NCBI GenBank assembly: GCA_963725665.1
Contig: CAVRZA010000002.1
Coordinates: 320,001-384,000 of the forward strand
DNA length: 64,000 nt
Direction of reading: 5' to 3'
Source: an uncultured Actinomycetes bacterium
Lineage (GTDB): Bacteria > Actinomycetota > Thermoleophilia > UBA2241
Made by a program: the position numbers and the translations under genes. Below the pieces are notes generated by a model. It was not told the DNA's origin and searched no databases. It worked only from the letters and a program-made list of their open reading frames with translations. Shown here piece by piece: positions 40,238 through 49,233 of the stretch (within the stretch, counting starts at the first letter, position 1; each line of letters starts with the position of its first letter).

Positions 40238-40432
40238 AGCTCCCCCTTTCGTAGCGATCACAGAAACGACCGTCCGCGATTCGGCCTGCGCCCTGCCGTG
40301 CGGCCGGGTGCACCAGGCCGCTCTCGCGACTCAAATGCGTCACGTTCTGCCTGCGCCCCCTTTCCTTCCGCTGCGAACGGTTTCCTGGCCACCGACGCGG
40401 GCGCGCCCCCTTGCGCGCCTGCGTCCGGATTA

Positions 40433-40472
40433 GCCTGGCGGCCCGGCTCGCCGGCGAGCCGGGCCGCCAGGC
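40433..40472. repeat. Perfect 40-bp palindrome (possible terminator or mRNA stabiliser)
   Basis: GCCTGGCGGCCCGGCTCGCC|GGCGAGCCGGGCCGCCAGGC. Confidence 0.85.
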
Positions 40473-40515
40473 GCTCACCGTCGAGCTCGCCGGCTGCACA
40501 GTGACCTCGACGGGT

Positions 40516-41154
40516 TCAGACCTTGACCCCGGCGAGCTCCTTGCACCGCTCGACACCGATCGACGCGTTCGGTCCGTAGCCGTCGGCACCGATCTCCTTG
40601 GCGTAGGCCTCGCTCACCGGGGCGCCACCGACGATGACCTTCACCTGGTCACGCAGGCCGGCTTCCTTGAGCGCGTTGATCGTCTCCGGCATCTTGGGGA
40701 TCGTCGTGGTGAGCAGGCCGCTCATGCCGAGGACGTCGGGCTTGTGCTCCTTCACGGCGGCCACGAAGTCGGCCGGTTTGATCCCCTTGCCCAGGTTGAT
40801 GACGTTGAAGCCGCCGCCCGCCAAGAGCATCGCCACGAGGTTCTTGCCGATGTCGTGCATGTCGCCCTCGACGGTGCCGATGACGACCGTGCCGATCGTC
40901 GCGCTCTCGCCGGCCGCCATGTGCGGCTTCACGAGGTCGAGGCAGGCCTGCATCGTCTCCGCGCTCAGAAGCACCTCGGGGATGAAGAACTCGCCGCTCT
41001 TCATGCGCTGGCCCACGACTTCCATGCCGGGCAACAGCGACTGGTCGAGGATGTCGCGCGCCGAGGCGCCGTCTGCCAGCATCTTCTCCGTCTGGGCCGT
41101 CGCGTGATCATCGCCGGCGATGATCATCTCTTTCAGCGTCTCGAAGTCTGCCAT
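40516..41154 (-). CDS. mttC: Methyltransferase cognate corrinoid protein (MttC-like)
   Basis: B12-binding motif GDMHDIGKNLV...MSGL...VGGA; FIPEVLLSA. Confidence 0.88.
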   Translation of the reverse strand: MADFETLKEMIIAGDDHATAQTEKMLADGASARDILDQSLLPGMEVVGQRMKSGEFFIPEVLLSAETMQACLDLVKPHMAAGESATIGTVVIGTVEGDMHDIGKNLVAMLLAGGGFNVINLGKGIKPADFVAAVKEHKPDVLGMSGLLTTTIPKMPETINALKEAGLRDQVKVIVGGAPVSEAYAKEIGADGYGPNASIGVERCKELAGVKV

Positions 41155-41198
41155 ATGCTCCCTTTCCTTCACGTCGCGTTTCCTGTCGAAGCCCGGGC

Positions 41199-42677
41199 TC
41201 AGGAGATGGCGACGCCCGCCTTCTTCTCGACATCCCTCACGATGGCGCGGATCTCGTCCTGCACGTCGCTCGGGAGCGGCTCGACCTCGTAGGACTCGAT
41301 GACCTCCTTGGCCTTCTCGTTGCAGCGCTGGTAGTAGTCCTTGCTGCCGTCCATCTCCCACTCCTCGCGCACGCGCCGGTCGATGAGCCCTGCTCTCGAC
41401 TGGTGGGCGCGCATGTTGTCGCGCGTGCTCTTGCGGGAGAGGAAGTCCTTCTCGGAGCCCACGGCCACGATCTCGTCGACCATGAGCGTGGCATCGTTGG
41501 TGGGGATGCCGCGAAGGATGTACTTGCACATGCGCGCGGTCTCGTTGTCCATGACGAGCACCGCGTAGTCGATGGTGACGCCCGACTCGATCATCCCTGC
41601 ACCGTAGATCTGGTTGGCTCCTCCCAACGCAGGTACTAGTCCGGTGATGGTCTTCTCGTGTGCGGTCTGCGCATCACCTAGTTTGGAATCCGCCTACAAG
41701 CCGGCCACGTAGCTGGGCAGCAGGTAGTAGCGCGCCAGGGCCGGGACGGCGGCGCTGATGAGTGCCAGCTCCGGTGTGCCCACCGAGGCCGTGGCCCGCT
41801 GCAGGTCGAAGGCCGTCGTCGATGAGCCGTAGATCACCGGGCAGCCCTTCTCGGCCAGCTGGCAGAGAACGACGCCGCCCAAGACCTCGGCGTTGTGCGT
41901 GACCAGTGTGCCCGCCAGGGTGACCGGTGCCGAGCCGCCGGACATGGCCATCGAGAGCGGCATCGCTGGCATGTGAGCGCGCGCGGCCGAGATCATGCAG
42001 CCGGTGAACTCGCCCATCAGCTTCAAGGGGCTGACCGGGCAGCTCAGGAACTCGAGCATGGGACGCTCGGCCAGCTTGTCGCGGCCGCCGACGACGGCCG
42101 CCGCGGCGTCGATCGTTAACTCGGCGCCGTGATGGTTGAGCGCCAGGCTACAGATCGGCTTGGTGGTGTTGAGCAACGTGGCCTCGATGAGGTGCGCCTC
42201 GGCGACCTCCGGAGCGACGTCGTTGGCCGTCACGGCGACGGTGTAGACCTCGATGTCGTCGAGGGCGTCGACCAGCTTGGCGAGGTCACCGACGTCTTTC
42301 TTGGTCGTCTGGCGCAGCTCGCCTGTGTAGGGGTCGACCGCCTTGACGCCCTCGGCGAAGTTGGTGTAGCTGACGCGCTTGCCCTCGAGGACGACGTCCT
42401 TGTCGGGGGTGCGCCCGCAGAGGACGACCTTGGAGGGCGCCCAGGAAACGGTCTCCTCCAGGACGTGCTGCGGGATCCTGACCTTGCGCTCGGCCCGGTC
42501 CACCTTGCAGCCGCCGTCGGCGAAGAGGTCGAGAGCCTCGTCGTCCTCGACCCAGAGGCCCGTCTTCTCGAGCACTTCGACGGTCGCCCAGTGGATGTCG
42601 TCGAGCTCATCTTGGGTGAAGATCTCGACGCCGAGGCCTCCGTTGCGGAGACCGCCGGCATGCTGGGGTCGGATCAT
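41199..42677 (-). CDS. mttB: Trimethylamine:corrinoid methyltransferase MttB, 492 aa with in-frame UAG at codon 328 (predicted pyrrolysine)
   Basis: ORF-track pieces 42677-41694 and 41627-41199 share one frame; read-through gives [47 protein letters not shown]. Confidence 0.9.
41622..41688 (-). other. Candidate PYLIS-like stem-loop just 3' of the in-frame UAG
   Basis: mRNA pairings UUCCAA/UUGGGA, ACUAG/CUAGU, GGUGAUG/CAUCACC. Confidence 0.5.
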
Positions 42678-43288
42678 ACTGCCTCCTCCTTCGCTTGACG
42701 TTGCGTCTGTGCCACGAGACGGGGCGTCTCTTTGCTCCTGCTCCCGTTCGAGGCACCATTCGGCGGCGCCGAATGAGTCGACCTGTGCATGAACCTCAGC
42801 GCGGCGCGGGTGAGTGCGCTTCCTAGGCGGAGAGGTCGGGGATCCGAAGGGCGGCGCGCGCCACCGAGACCGTGGCCACGGCGTCGCGCCGTCACAAGTG
42901 GGGGAATGGGCGGGCGCGATGCGAGGCGGCCGCGTCGGCGGCCAGGCCTACGGCGGCGGGTGGCCGGCGCCAGCGGCCAGGCCCACGGCGGTGAGGTGGG
43001 CGCTCTGGGCGGGGCAGCGGCCGAGTGTCGGGCTCTGAGGCTCGGACAGCCGCCGGCGCTCGCTCCGCATGCTACGAGAGTCCGCAGACAGGCTGCCTCG
43101 TCCGACCTGGCACCCCGAACGCATGGCTCCCCCCTAATCGTGAGCCAGATTGCCACACCGCTCGACCCCTGCCGCAGGGCAACGGTGGAATCCAACACGA
43201 ACAGTATAGAACAGCGCTGCGCGTGACAATCGTTTGTGCAGGATGTCGTCGAGGTGTGCCCCTTCACTCACAACGGGAGCATGGAGAA

Positions 43289-43330
43289 GCGCGGCGGGCG
43301 GCGCCCTCGAAGGGGCGCCGCCCGCCGCGC
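43289..43330 (-). terminator. GC-rich hairpin terminator after the por/bfu operon
   Basis: GCGCGGCGGGCGGCGCCC-loop-GGGCGCCGCCCGCCGCGC. Confidence 0.7.
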
Positions 43331-43359
43331 GCGTTCGGCTGGTAGCCGGTCTAGTCTAG

Positions 43360-46300
43360 TCAGTCGCAGGTCATCGCCGCGTGCCCGGCGCGCCACTCGG
43401 CGTCGCTGGGCTCGCCGCACTTCTCGAGCAGCTCGTCCCACTCCCTGTCGACCCACTCCTCGAGCGCGCTCAGCACGCCCTCGTTGCCGGCCTTGAAGAG
43501 GTGCCCGAAGCGTCCCTGCTTCTTGAGCCATGGCGTCACCGGCTCCTTCTCGTGTGGCCGGTAGCTCAGGTGGTAGACGCCGTTCTCGACCTCGAACAGC
43601 GGCCAGTAGCAGGTGTTGACGGCCTCGCGAGCGAGCTCGATCGACGAGGCCCCCTCGCTGCGCCAGCCGCGGGGGCAGGGCGAGATGATGTTGAGGAAGG
43701 CCGGGCCGGGGGTGGCGAGGGCCTTGGCCGCCTTGCGCACCAGGTCGCGCGGGTCGTGCGGCGAGGCCTGGGCGACGTAGGGGATGCCGTGGGCGATCAT
43801 GATTCCGGTCAGGTCCTTGCGCTGCTGCATCTTGCCCGTCTGCTCAGCCCCGACGGGGCTCGTCGTCGTCCAGGCGCCGAGCGGCGTGGCGCCGGAGCGT
43901 TGGAAGCCGGTGTTCATGTAGGCGCCGTTGTCGTAGCAGACGTAGACGAGGTCGTGGCCACGCTCCATCGCCCCGGAGAGGGACTGCAGCCCGATGTCGT
44001 AAGTGCCGCCGTCGCCGCCGAAGGCGATGAACTTGACGTTCTCCGCGATCTTGCCCTGCTTCTTCAGGGAGCGGTAGGCGGTCTCGACGCCCGACAGCGT
44101 GGCGGCCACGTTCTCGAACGCGGTGTGGATGTAGCTGTTCGTCCATGAGGTGTAGGGGTAGATCGTCGTCGACACCTCGAGGCAGCCGGTGGCCGCCGCG
44201 GTCACGACCGGCTCGCTCGTGCCCATCAGCACCTGACGGGCCACGATCGGCGCGCCGCAGCCGGCGCACAGCCGGTGGCCGCCGGCCAGCTTCGAGCCCT
44301 GGGCGACCAGCGTGTGCCACTGCTCGCGGCCTTGCTCGAAGACGTTCGTCTCCTTGAGCGCGTCGACAGGGCAGACGTCGACGCACTGGTGGCAGAAGGT
44401 GCAGCGCGCCTCGTCGACCGCGTACGACTGCAGGACGCGGTGGTTGAAGCTGAGTGCCCCCGTCGGACAGGCCGTGACGCAGCGGCCGCAGGTGATGCAG
44501 TCGGCCAGTTGCAGCGACTCGCCGTAGGGCGTGTCGACCTTGATGCGGAAGCCGCGGCCGCTGAAGTCGTAGCAGGCCGGGCCGGCCACGTCGGCGCACA
44601 CGCGCACGCAGCGCCCGCAGGCGATGCACTTGTTCATGTCGCGCTCGATGAACGGGTGTCGCGCGTCGGACTCCTCGCGGCGCACGAGGCCGGGCGCCAA
44701 GGTCTTGGTCGCGGCGATCACGAGCTCGTTGTCGGTGATGTCGTACTCGATGCCCAGCCGCTGCAGATCGCAGCTGCCGTTGGCGTCGCAGACGCACTGC
44801 AGGCAGCGCGCCGCCTCGGCGCGCGCGGCCGCCGGAGTGAGTCCCCGCTCGACCTCGGTGAACGAATCGAGGCGCTTGGCCGCCGTCAGCTTGCTCTGCC
44901 GGGCGCGCGGCGCGGTGTCGGCGCCGATGCCCATCCTCAGCCAGACCGGGGCGTGCTCGGCCAGTCGCTGGCCGAGCTCACCGAGCTGGGCGGCGTCGCG
45001 TACCTGCTCGAGGTAGGGAAGGGCGGCGTAGAGCGCCAGCTTGCCCTCGAGCTCTTCGAGGTCGCTGCCCGAGAGCCAAGCGTCCATCGCCAGCGCCGCT
45101 CGCTTGCCGGCGGCGACGCCGTGGATGGCCGCCTTGGCGCCCGTCACGGCGTCGCCGCCGGCGAAGACGCCCTCTTGCGAGGTGCGCCCCGTGAAGGGGT
45201 TCGCCTCGAGCGTGCTCCACGATGACAGCGAGAGCTCGCCCTCGATCGTCTCGGCGTCGGGCGTGTAGCCCTGGGCCCAGAGCACGGTGCGCGCCGGCAC
45301 GTCGCGCGCCGCGGCCTTGGTGCGCTTCACGCCGTCGGCGTCGAGCTCGACGACCTGGACCGCGGCCGGCTTGCCGCCGCGGTCGAGCTTGATGCGCCGC
45401 GGCTCGACGGCGAACTCGAAGCGCACACCCTCGTCGCGGGCGGCGGCGACGTCGGCCGCGCCGGCCTCGACGCGGCGTTCCTCGTGCCGGCAGAGGACCG
45501 TCACCTCAGCGACGCCGAGACGGCGCGCGGAGCGGGCGGCGTCGAGCGCGGCGGAGCCGTCGCCGACGACGCAGACCGCGCCGCCGAGGCGCGGCTTCTT
45601 GCCGGCGCGGACCTCGGCGAGGAAGCCGAGGGCGTCGCGGGCCAACTTGCCGCCGGGGATCGTGACGGCCTGGCTCTTCCAGGCGCCGACGCCGACGAAG
45701 GCGGCGTCGTAGCCGCCGGAGAGCAGGCCGGCGAGCGAGATGTCGTCGCCGAGCCGTACGTCGCCGACGAAACGCGCGCCGGCCTTCCACAGGGGAGCCA
45801 GCTCGTTCTCGACGACCCCGGTCGGCAGACGGAACTCGGGGATGCCGTAGCGCAGCATGCCGCCCGGTTCGTCCTTGTCGTCGTAGACGGTCACGGCGTG
45901 GCCGGCCTGAAGCAGGTAGTAGGCGGCCGTCAGGCCGGCCACGCCGGCGCCGATGACGGCGACCCGCTTGCCGGTCGAGGGTGCGCACTCGATGTCGTCG
46001 GGGGCGCGGTCGCCGGCAGCCCGGTGCAAGGCGCAGATGGCGATGGGCTCTTCGACCTCACCGCGTCGGCAGACCGGTTCGCACGGCCGCGTGCAGATGC
46101 GCCCGAGGATGCCGGGGAAGGGCAGGTCGCGGCGCACGATGGCGGCCGCGGCGCCAAAGTCGCCCTCCTCGACCTTCGCGATGAAGGCGGGGATGTCGAT
46201 GTGTGCGGGGCAGCTCACCGAGCAGGGGGCCTCGCAGTAGGAGTTGTGGTCCGAGAGGTACATGCGCAGGTAGTTCGCCCGCCGCTCGCGTACGCGCTCT

Positions 46301-46551
46301 GTGTCGGTGTGCACGACGAGGTCGTCCTGCACCCAGGTCGTGCAGGCGGCCTGCAACTTGCCCCAGCCCTCGACCTCGATCAGGCAGAGGCGGCAGGCCG
46401 CCCAGGGCGCCATGCCTTCCTCGGCGCAGAGGGCCGGGATGTCGATACCGGCGCGCTGTGCCACCGCGAGCACGCTCTCGCCCGGCTGCGCCGATACTCG
46501 CCGCCCGTCGATGGTCAGCTTCACGGTTGCGGCCTTGGTATGGGTGCTCAT
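43360..46551 (-). CDS. Fusion protein (~1063 aa): NuoG/HydA-like [2Fe-2S] N-terminus + GltD-like FAD/NAD(P) domain + [4Fe-4S] ferredoxins + PorB TPP-binding subunit
   Basis: IPALC..ACRLC..AAC; CEAPC, GAGVAG, FAGGD; CIACGRCVRVC, CITCGRC, CTFCHQC; HRLCAGCG, ATGCLEV, GGDGG, YDNGAYMNTG, SPCPRGW; TGATG coupling with the upstream gene. Confidence 0.85.
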   Translation of the reverse strand: MSTHTKAATVKLTIDGRRVSAQPGESVLAVAQRAGIDIPALCAEEGMAPWAACRLCLIEVEGWGKLQAACTTWVQDDLVVHTDTERVRERRANYLRMYLSDHNSYCEAPCSVSCPAHIDIPAFIAKVEEGDFGAAAAIVRRDLPFPGILGRICTRPCEPVCRRGEVEEPIAICALHRAAGDRAPDDIECAPSTGKRVAVIGAGVAGLTAAYYLLQAGHAVTVYDDKDEPGGMLRYGIPEFRLPTGVVENELAPLWKAGARFVGDVRLGDDISLAGLLSGGYDAAFVGVGAWKSQAVTIPGGKLARDALGFLAEVRAGKKPRLGGAVCVVGDGSAALDAARSARRLGVAEVTVLCRHEERRVEAGAADVAAARDEGVRFEFAVEPRRIKLDRGGKPAAVQVVELDADGVKRTKAAARDVPARTVLWAQGYTPDAETIEGELSLSSWSTLEANPFTGRTSQEGVFAGGDAVTGAKAAIHGVAAGKRAALAMDAWLSGSDLEELEGKLALYAALPYLEQVRDAAQLGELGQRLAEHAPVWLRMGIGADTAPRARQSKLTAAKRLDSFTEVERGLTPAAARAEAARCLQCVCDANGSCDLQRLGIEYDITDNELVIAATKTLAPGLVRREESDARHPFIERDMNKCIACGRCVRVCADVAGPACYDFSGRGFRIKVDTPYGESLQLADCITCGRCVTACPTGALSFNHRVLQSYAVDEARCTFCHQCVDVCPVDALKETNVFEQGREQWHTLVAQGSKLAGGHRLCAGCGAPIVARQVLMGTSEPVVTAAATGCLEVSTTIYPYTSWTNSYIHTAFENVAATLSGVETAYRSLKKQGKIAENVKFIAFGGDGGTYDIGLQSLSGAMERGHDLVYVCYDNGAYMNTGFQRSGATPLGAWTTTSPVGAEQTGKMQQRKDLTGIMIAHGIPYVAQASPHDPRDLVRKAAKALATPGPAFLNIISPCPRGWRSEGASSIELAREAVNTCYWPLFEVENGVYHLSYRPHEKEPVTPWLKKQGRFGHLFKAGNEGVLSALEEWVDREWDELLEKCGEPSDAEWRAGHAAMTCD

Positions 46552-48482
46552 CAGTTCCTCCCTCCGGCCACGGCGGTCAAGACGCCCGGTGACTCGACGT
46601 CGATGGCATCGAAGTTGCAGACCTGACGGCAGGTATCGCACTTGATGCAGAGCCTCTGGCTGATCTTCTGGACCTCTTTGCGCTCGCCGCTGACGGCCTT
46701 GGTGGGGCAGGCGACGTTGCACGCGAAGCAGCCGGTGCACTTCTCCTTGTTGACGGTGTAGCGGATGAGCGGCCGGCAGACCTTCGCCGGACAGCGCTTG
46801 TCGAGCACGTGGGCCACGTACTCGTCGCGGAAGTAGCGGATGGTCGTGAGGACGGGGTTGGGGGCGCTGCCGCCGAGCTGGCAGAGCGAGCCTTCGATGA
46901 CGTCGTCGGAGAGACGCTCGAGCAGATCGATGTCGTCGAGCGTGCCTTCTCCGGCAGTGATGCGCTCGAGGATCTCGAGCATGCGCTGCGTGCCCACGCG
47001 GCACGGTACGCACTTGCCGCAGGACTCCTCCGCCGTGAACTTGAGGAAGAACTTGGCGAAGTCGACCATGCAGGTGGAGTCATCGACCACCACCATGCCG
47101 CCGGAGCCCATCATCGAGCCCAGCGCGACGAGACTCTCGAAGTCGATCGGCGAGTCGAGGTACTCGGCCGGCACGCAGCCGCCCGAGGGACCGCCGAGCT
47201 GCACGGCCTTGAACTCGCGTCCGGGCTGCATGCCGCCGCCGATGTCGAAGATCACGTGACGCAGCGTGGCGCCCATGGGCACCTCGACGAGGCCGCTGTT
47301 GCGCACCTTGCCGGTCAGGGAGAAGATCTTCGTCCCCTTGGACGTCGCCGTCCCCATGCTCGCCAGCGCGTCGGCACCGTGGGCGATGATCCAGGGCACG
47401 GTAGCGTAGCTCTCGACGTTGTTGAGGTTCGTCGGCTGGCCGTAGAGGCCGTGGGCCACGGTGCGGATGTGCTTGCCGCGCGGCATGCCGCGACGGCCCT
47501 CGATGGAGGCCGTCAGGGCCGTCGACTCGCCGCAGACGAAGGCGCCGGCGCCCTGGTTGATGCGGATGTCGAAGTCGAACCCCGAACCGAGGATGTCCTC
47601 GCCCAGCAGGCCGCGCTCGCGCGCGGTCGCCAGCGCGAGACGGAGGCGTTGCACGGCGAGCGGGTACTCGTGGCGCACGTAGACGAAACCCTCGACGGGC
47701 ACGGTCCCCGATGCGATGGCGAAGGCGGCGATGATCATGCCCTCGATCACCGAGTGGGGGTTGTCCTCGAGGATGGCGCGGTCCATGAAGGCGCCCGGGT
47801 CGCCCTCGTCGCCGTTGCAGATGACGTACTTGCGCTCGCCGGGGTTAGCACGGCAGAAGCGCCACTTCTTGCCGGTCGGGAAGCCGGCGCCACCGCGACC
47901 CCGCAGGCCGCTCTTCTCGACTTCGTCGATGACGGCTTCGGGGTCGCCGCCGGCGAGCACCTTCGCCAGCGAGCTGTAACCGTTGCGAGCGAGGTAGTCG
48001 TCGATGGAGGTGGGGTCGATGAAACCGTTCGCCTCGCGCGCGACGCGCACCTGCGAGGCGTAGAAGGGGACGTCCTTCTCCTCGACGATCGTCTCGTCAG
48101 TCTCGGGGTGCCGGTACAGCAGGCGCTCGACGACCTCGTCGCCGACGACGCTCGTCTCGATGATGGAGGCGACGTCGCGTGCCTTGAGGCGCGGGTAGAA
48201 CACGCCCCGCGGATGGACGACGACGATGGGGCCTTCCTGGCAGAGACCGTGACAGCCGGTCTCGACCACCGCGACGCGGTCGCTGAGGCCACGCCGGGCA
48301 AGCTCCTCGTCGATGGCGGCGCGCAGGGCGGCGCGGCCTGAGGCATTGCAGGTCGTGCCGGCGCAGACGCGGATCTTGACCTCGTCTTCGCCCGGAGTCG
48401 CGTTCTCGGGATGGAACGCCCGCTTCAGGGCTCTTTCGATGGCCGTGGCCCGCCGGGCCGTTGATCGTGCCGTCGCAGCCAC
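46551..48482 (-). CDS. NuoF/HydB (BfuB)-like FMN/NAD(H)-binding subunit
   Basis: CAGTTC..GCHGLC, GLRGRGGAGFPTG, GDEGDPGAFMDR, GAFVCGE, ESCGKCVPC, H-x5-CPAKVC, C-terminal 2x[4Fe-4S]. Confidence 0.92.
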   Translation of the reverse strand: MAATARSTARRATAIERALKRAFHPENATPGEDEVKIRVCAGTTCNASGRAALRAAIDEELARRGLSDRVAVVETGCHGLCQEGPIVVVHPRGVFYPRLKARDVASIIETSVVGDEVVERLLYRHPETDETIVEEKDVPFYASQVRVAREANGFIDPTSIDDYLARNGYSSLAKVLAGGDPEAVIDEVEKSGLRGRGGAGFPTGKKWRFCRANPGERKYVICNGDEGDPGAFMDRAILEDNPHSVIEGMIIAAFAIASGTVPVEGFVYVRHEYPLAVQRLRLALATARERGLLGEDILGSGFDFDIRINQGAGAFVCGESTALTASIEGRRGMPRGKHIRTVAHGLYGQPTNLNNVESYATVPWIIAHGADALASMGTATSKGTKIFSLTGKVRNSGLVEVPMGATLRHVIFDIGGGMQPGREFKAVQLGGPSGGCVPAEYLDSPIDFESLVALGSMMGSGGMVVVDDSTCMVDFAKFFLKFTAEESCGKCVPCRVGTQRMLEILERITAGEGTLDDIDLLERLSDDVIEGSLCQLGGSAPNPVLTTIRYFRDEYVAHVLDKRCPAKVCRPLIRYTVNKEKCTGCFACNVACPTKAVSGERKEVQKISQRLCIKCDTCRQVCNFDAIDVESPGVLTAVAGGRN

Positions 48483-48483
48483 G

Positions 48484-49233
48484 TCAGGCCTCCTTCTTGC
48501 GACGAAGCTTGCGGACTAGCCGTCGCGCCTCGTTCGGGGTCATGCGACCGAAGGTCTCGTCCTCGCCAAGGCGGACGGCCGGGGCGAGGGCGCAGGCGCC
48601 GACGCAGTTGACCGTCTGCAGCGTGAAGAGCTCGTCGGGGCTCGTAGCGCCGATGGCGATGTCGAGCTCCTGTGCGAATGCCTCGGCCACGAGGGGAGCG
48701 CCGGCCACGTGGCAGGCCGTCCCCATGCATACACTGATCACATGCTTGCCTACGGGCTCCAGCCGGAACTGGTTGTAGAACGTCGCCACGCCGTAGACCT
48801 TCGAGAAGGGCATGCGTATCTCGTCAGCGATCTCCTCGAGCGCCCTGCGCGGGAGCCAGCCGAAGGAGTCCTGCGTCGCATGCAGGGCCTCGATCAACCC
48901 TGACCCGTCGCGCAACCGTTGTGCGACGTCGTCGAACTTGGCCATGTCGATCTCGGGCTGTGCCTCGGCGCGCGCCGCCTTCTCAGCAGCGGTGTCCCAG
49001 GGGAGGTCGGGGTGCTCGGGGCAATAGTCGATCTCGATGCAGTCGACGGGGCAGACGCGCTCGCACAGCGTGCAGGCGTAGCAGCGGTAGCCGCCGCGGC
49101 CGTCGCGAACCAGGTCGAAGAGCCCCCGCCCGCGCGCCTTGCCGAGCAGTTCGCGCTTCTCGAAGTCGATGCCCTGCAGCACCTCGTAGAGGGTCGGTGC
49201 CGTCCGGAGCTTGCCGTTGCCGTTGCCCGCCAT
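48484..49233 (-). CDS. NuoE/HydC (BfuC)-like [2Fe-2S] subunit with an extra N-terminal [4Fe-4S] motif
   Basis: CYACTLCERVCP; VATFYNQF, CMGTACH, CVGAC. Confidence 0.85.
   Translation of the reverse strand: MAGNGNGKLRTAPTLYEVLQGIDFEKRELLGKARGRGLFDLVRDGRGGYRCYACTLCERVCPVDCIEIDYCPEHPDLPWDTAAEKAARAEAQPEIDMAKFDDVAQRLRDGSGLIEALHATQDSFGWLPRRALEEIADEIRMPFSKVYGVATFYNQFRLEPVGKHVISVCMGTACHVAGAPLVAEAFAQELDIAIGATSPDELFTLQTVNCVGACALAPAVRLGEDETFGRMTPNEARRLVRKLRRKKEA

Noticed and set aside
41199-42677. mttB as a nonsense pseudogene or two separate genes
   Set aside because: The stop is TAG at the conserved Pyl site, both halves are in frame and undecayed, and the corrinoid partner is intact
43108-43123. Sigma54-like TGGCAC-N7-GCA
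   Set aside because: Poor -12 element and it points away from mttB
43351-43362. Possible selenocysteine read-through at the end of the PorB fusion (TGC GAC TGA CTA GAC TAG)
   Set aside because: Would add only three residues, there is no conserved Cys-equivalent position and no convincing SECIS
46552-47013. N-terminal 154 aa of the 1217-aa ORF
   Set aside because: Overlaps the NuoF-like gene in another frame; the true start is ATG 46551 with RBS GGAGGGAGG and a TGATG overlap
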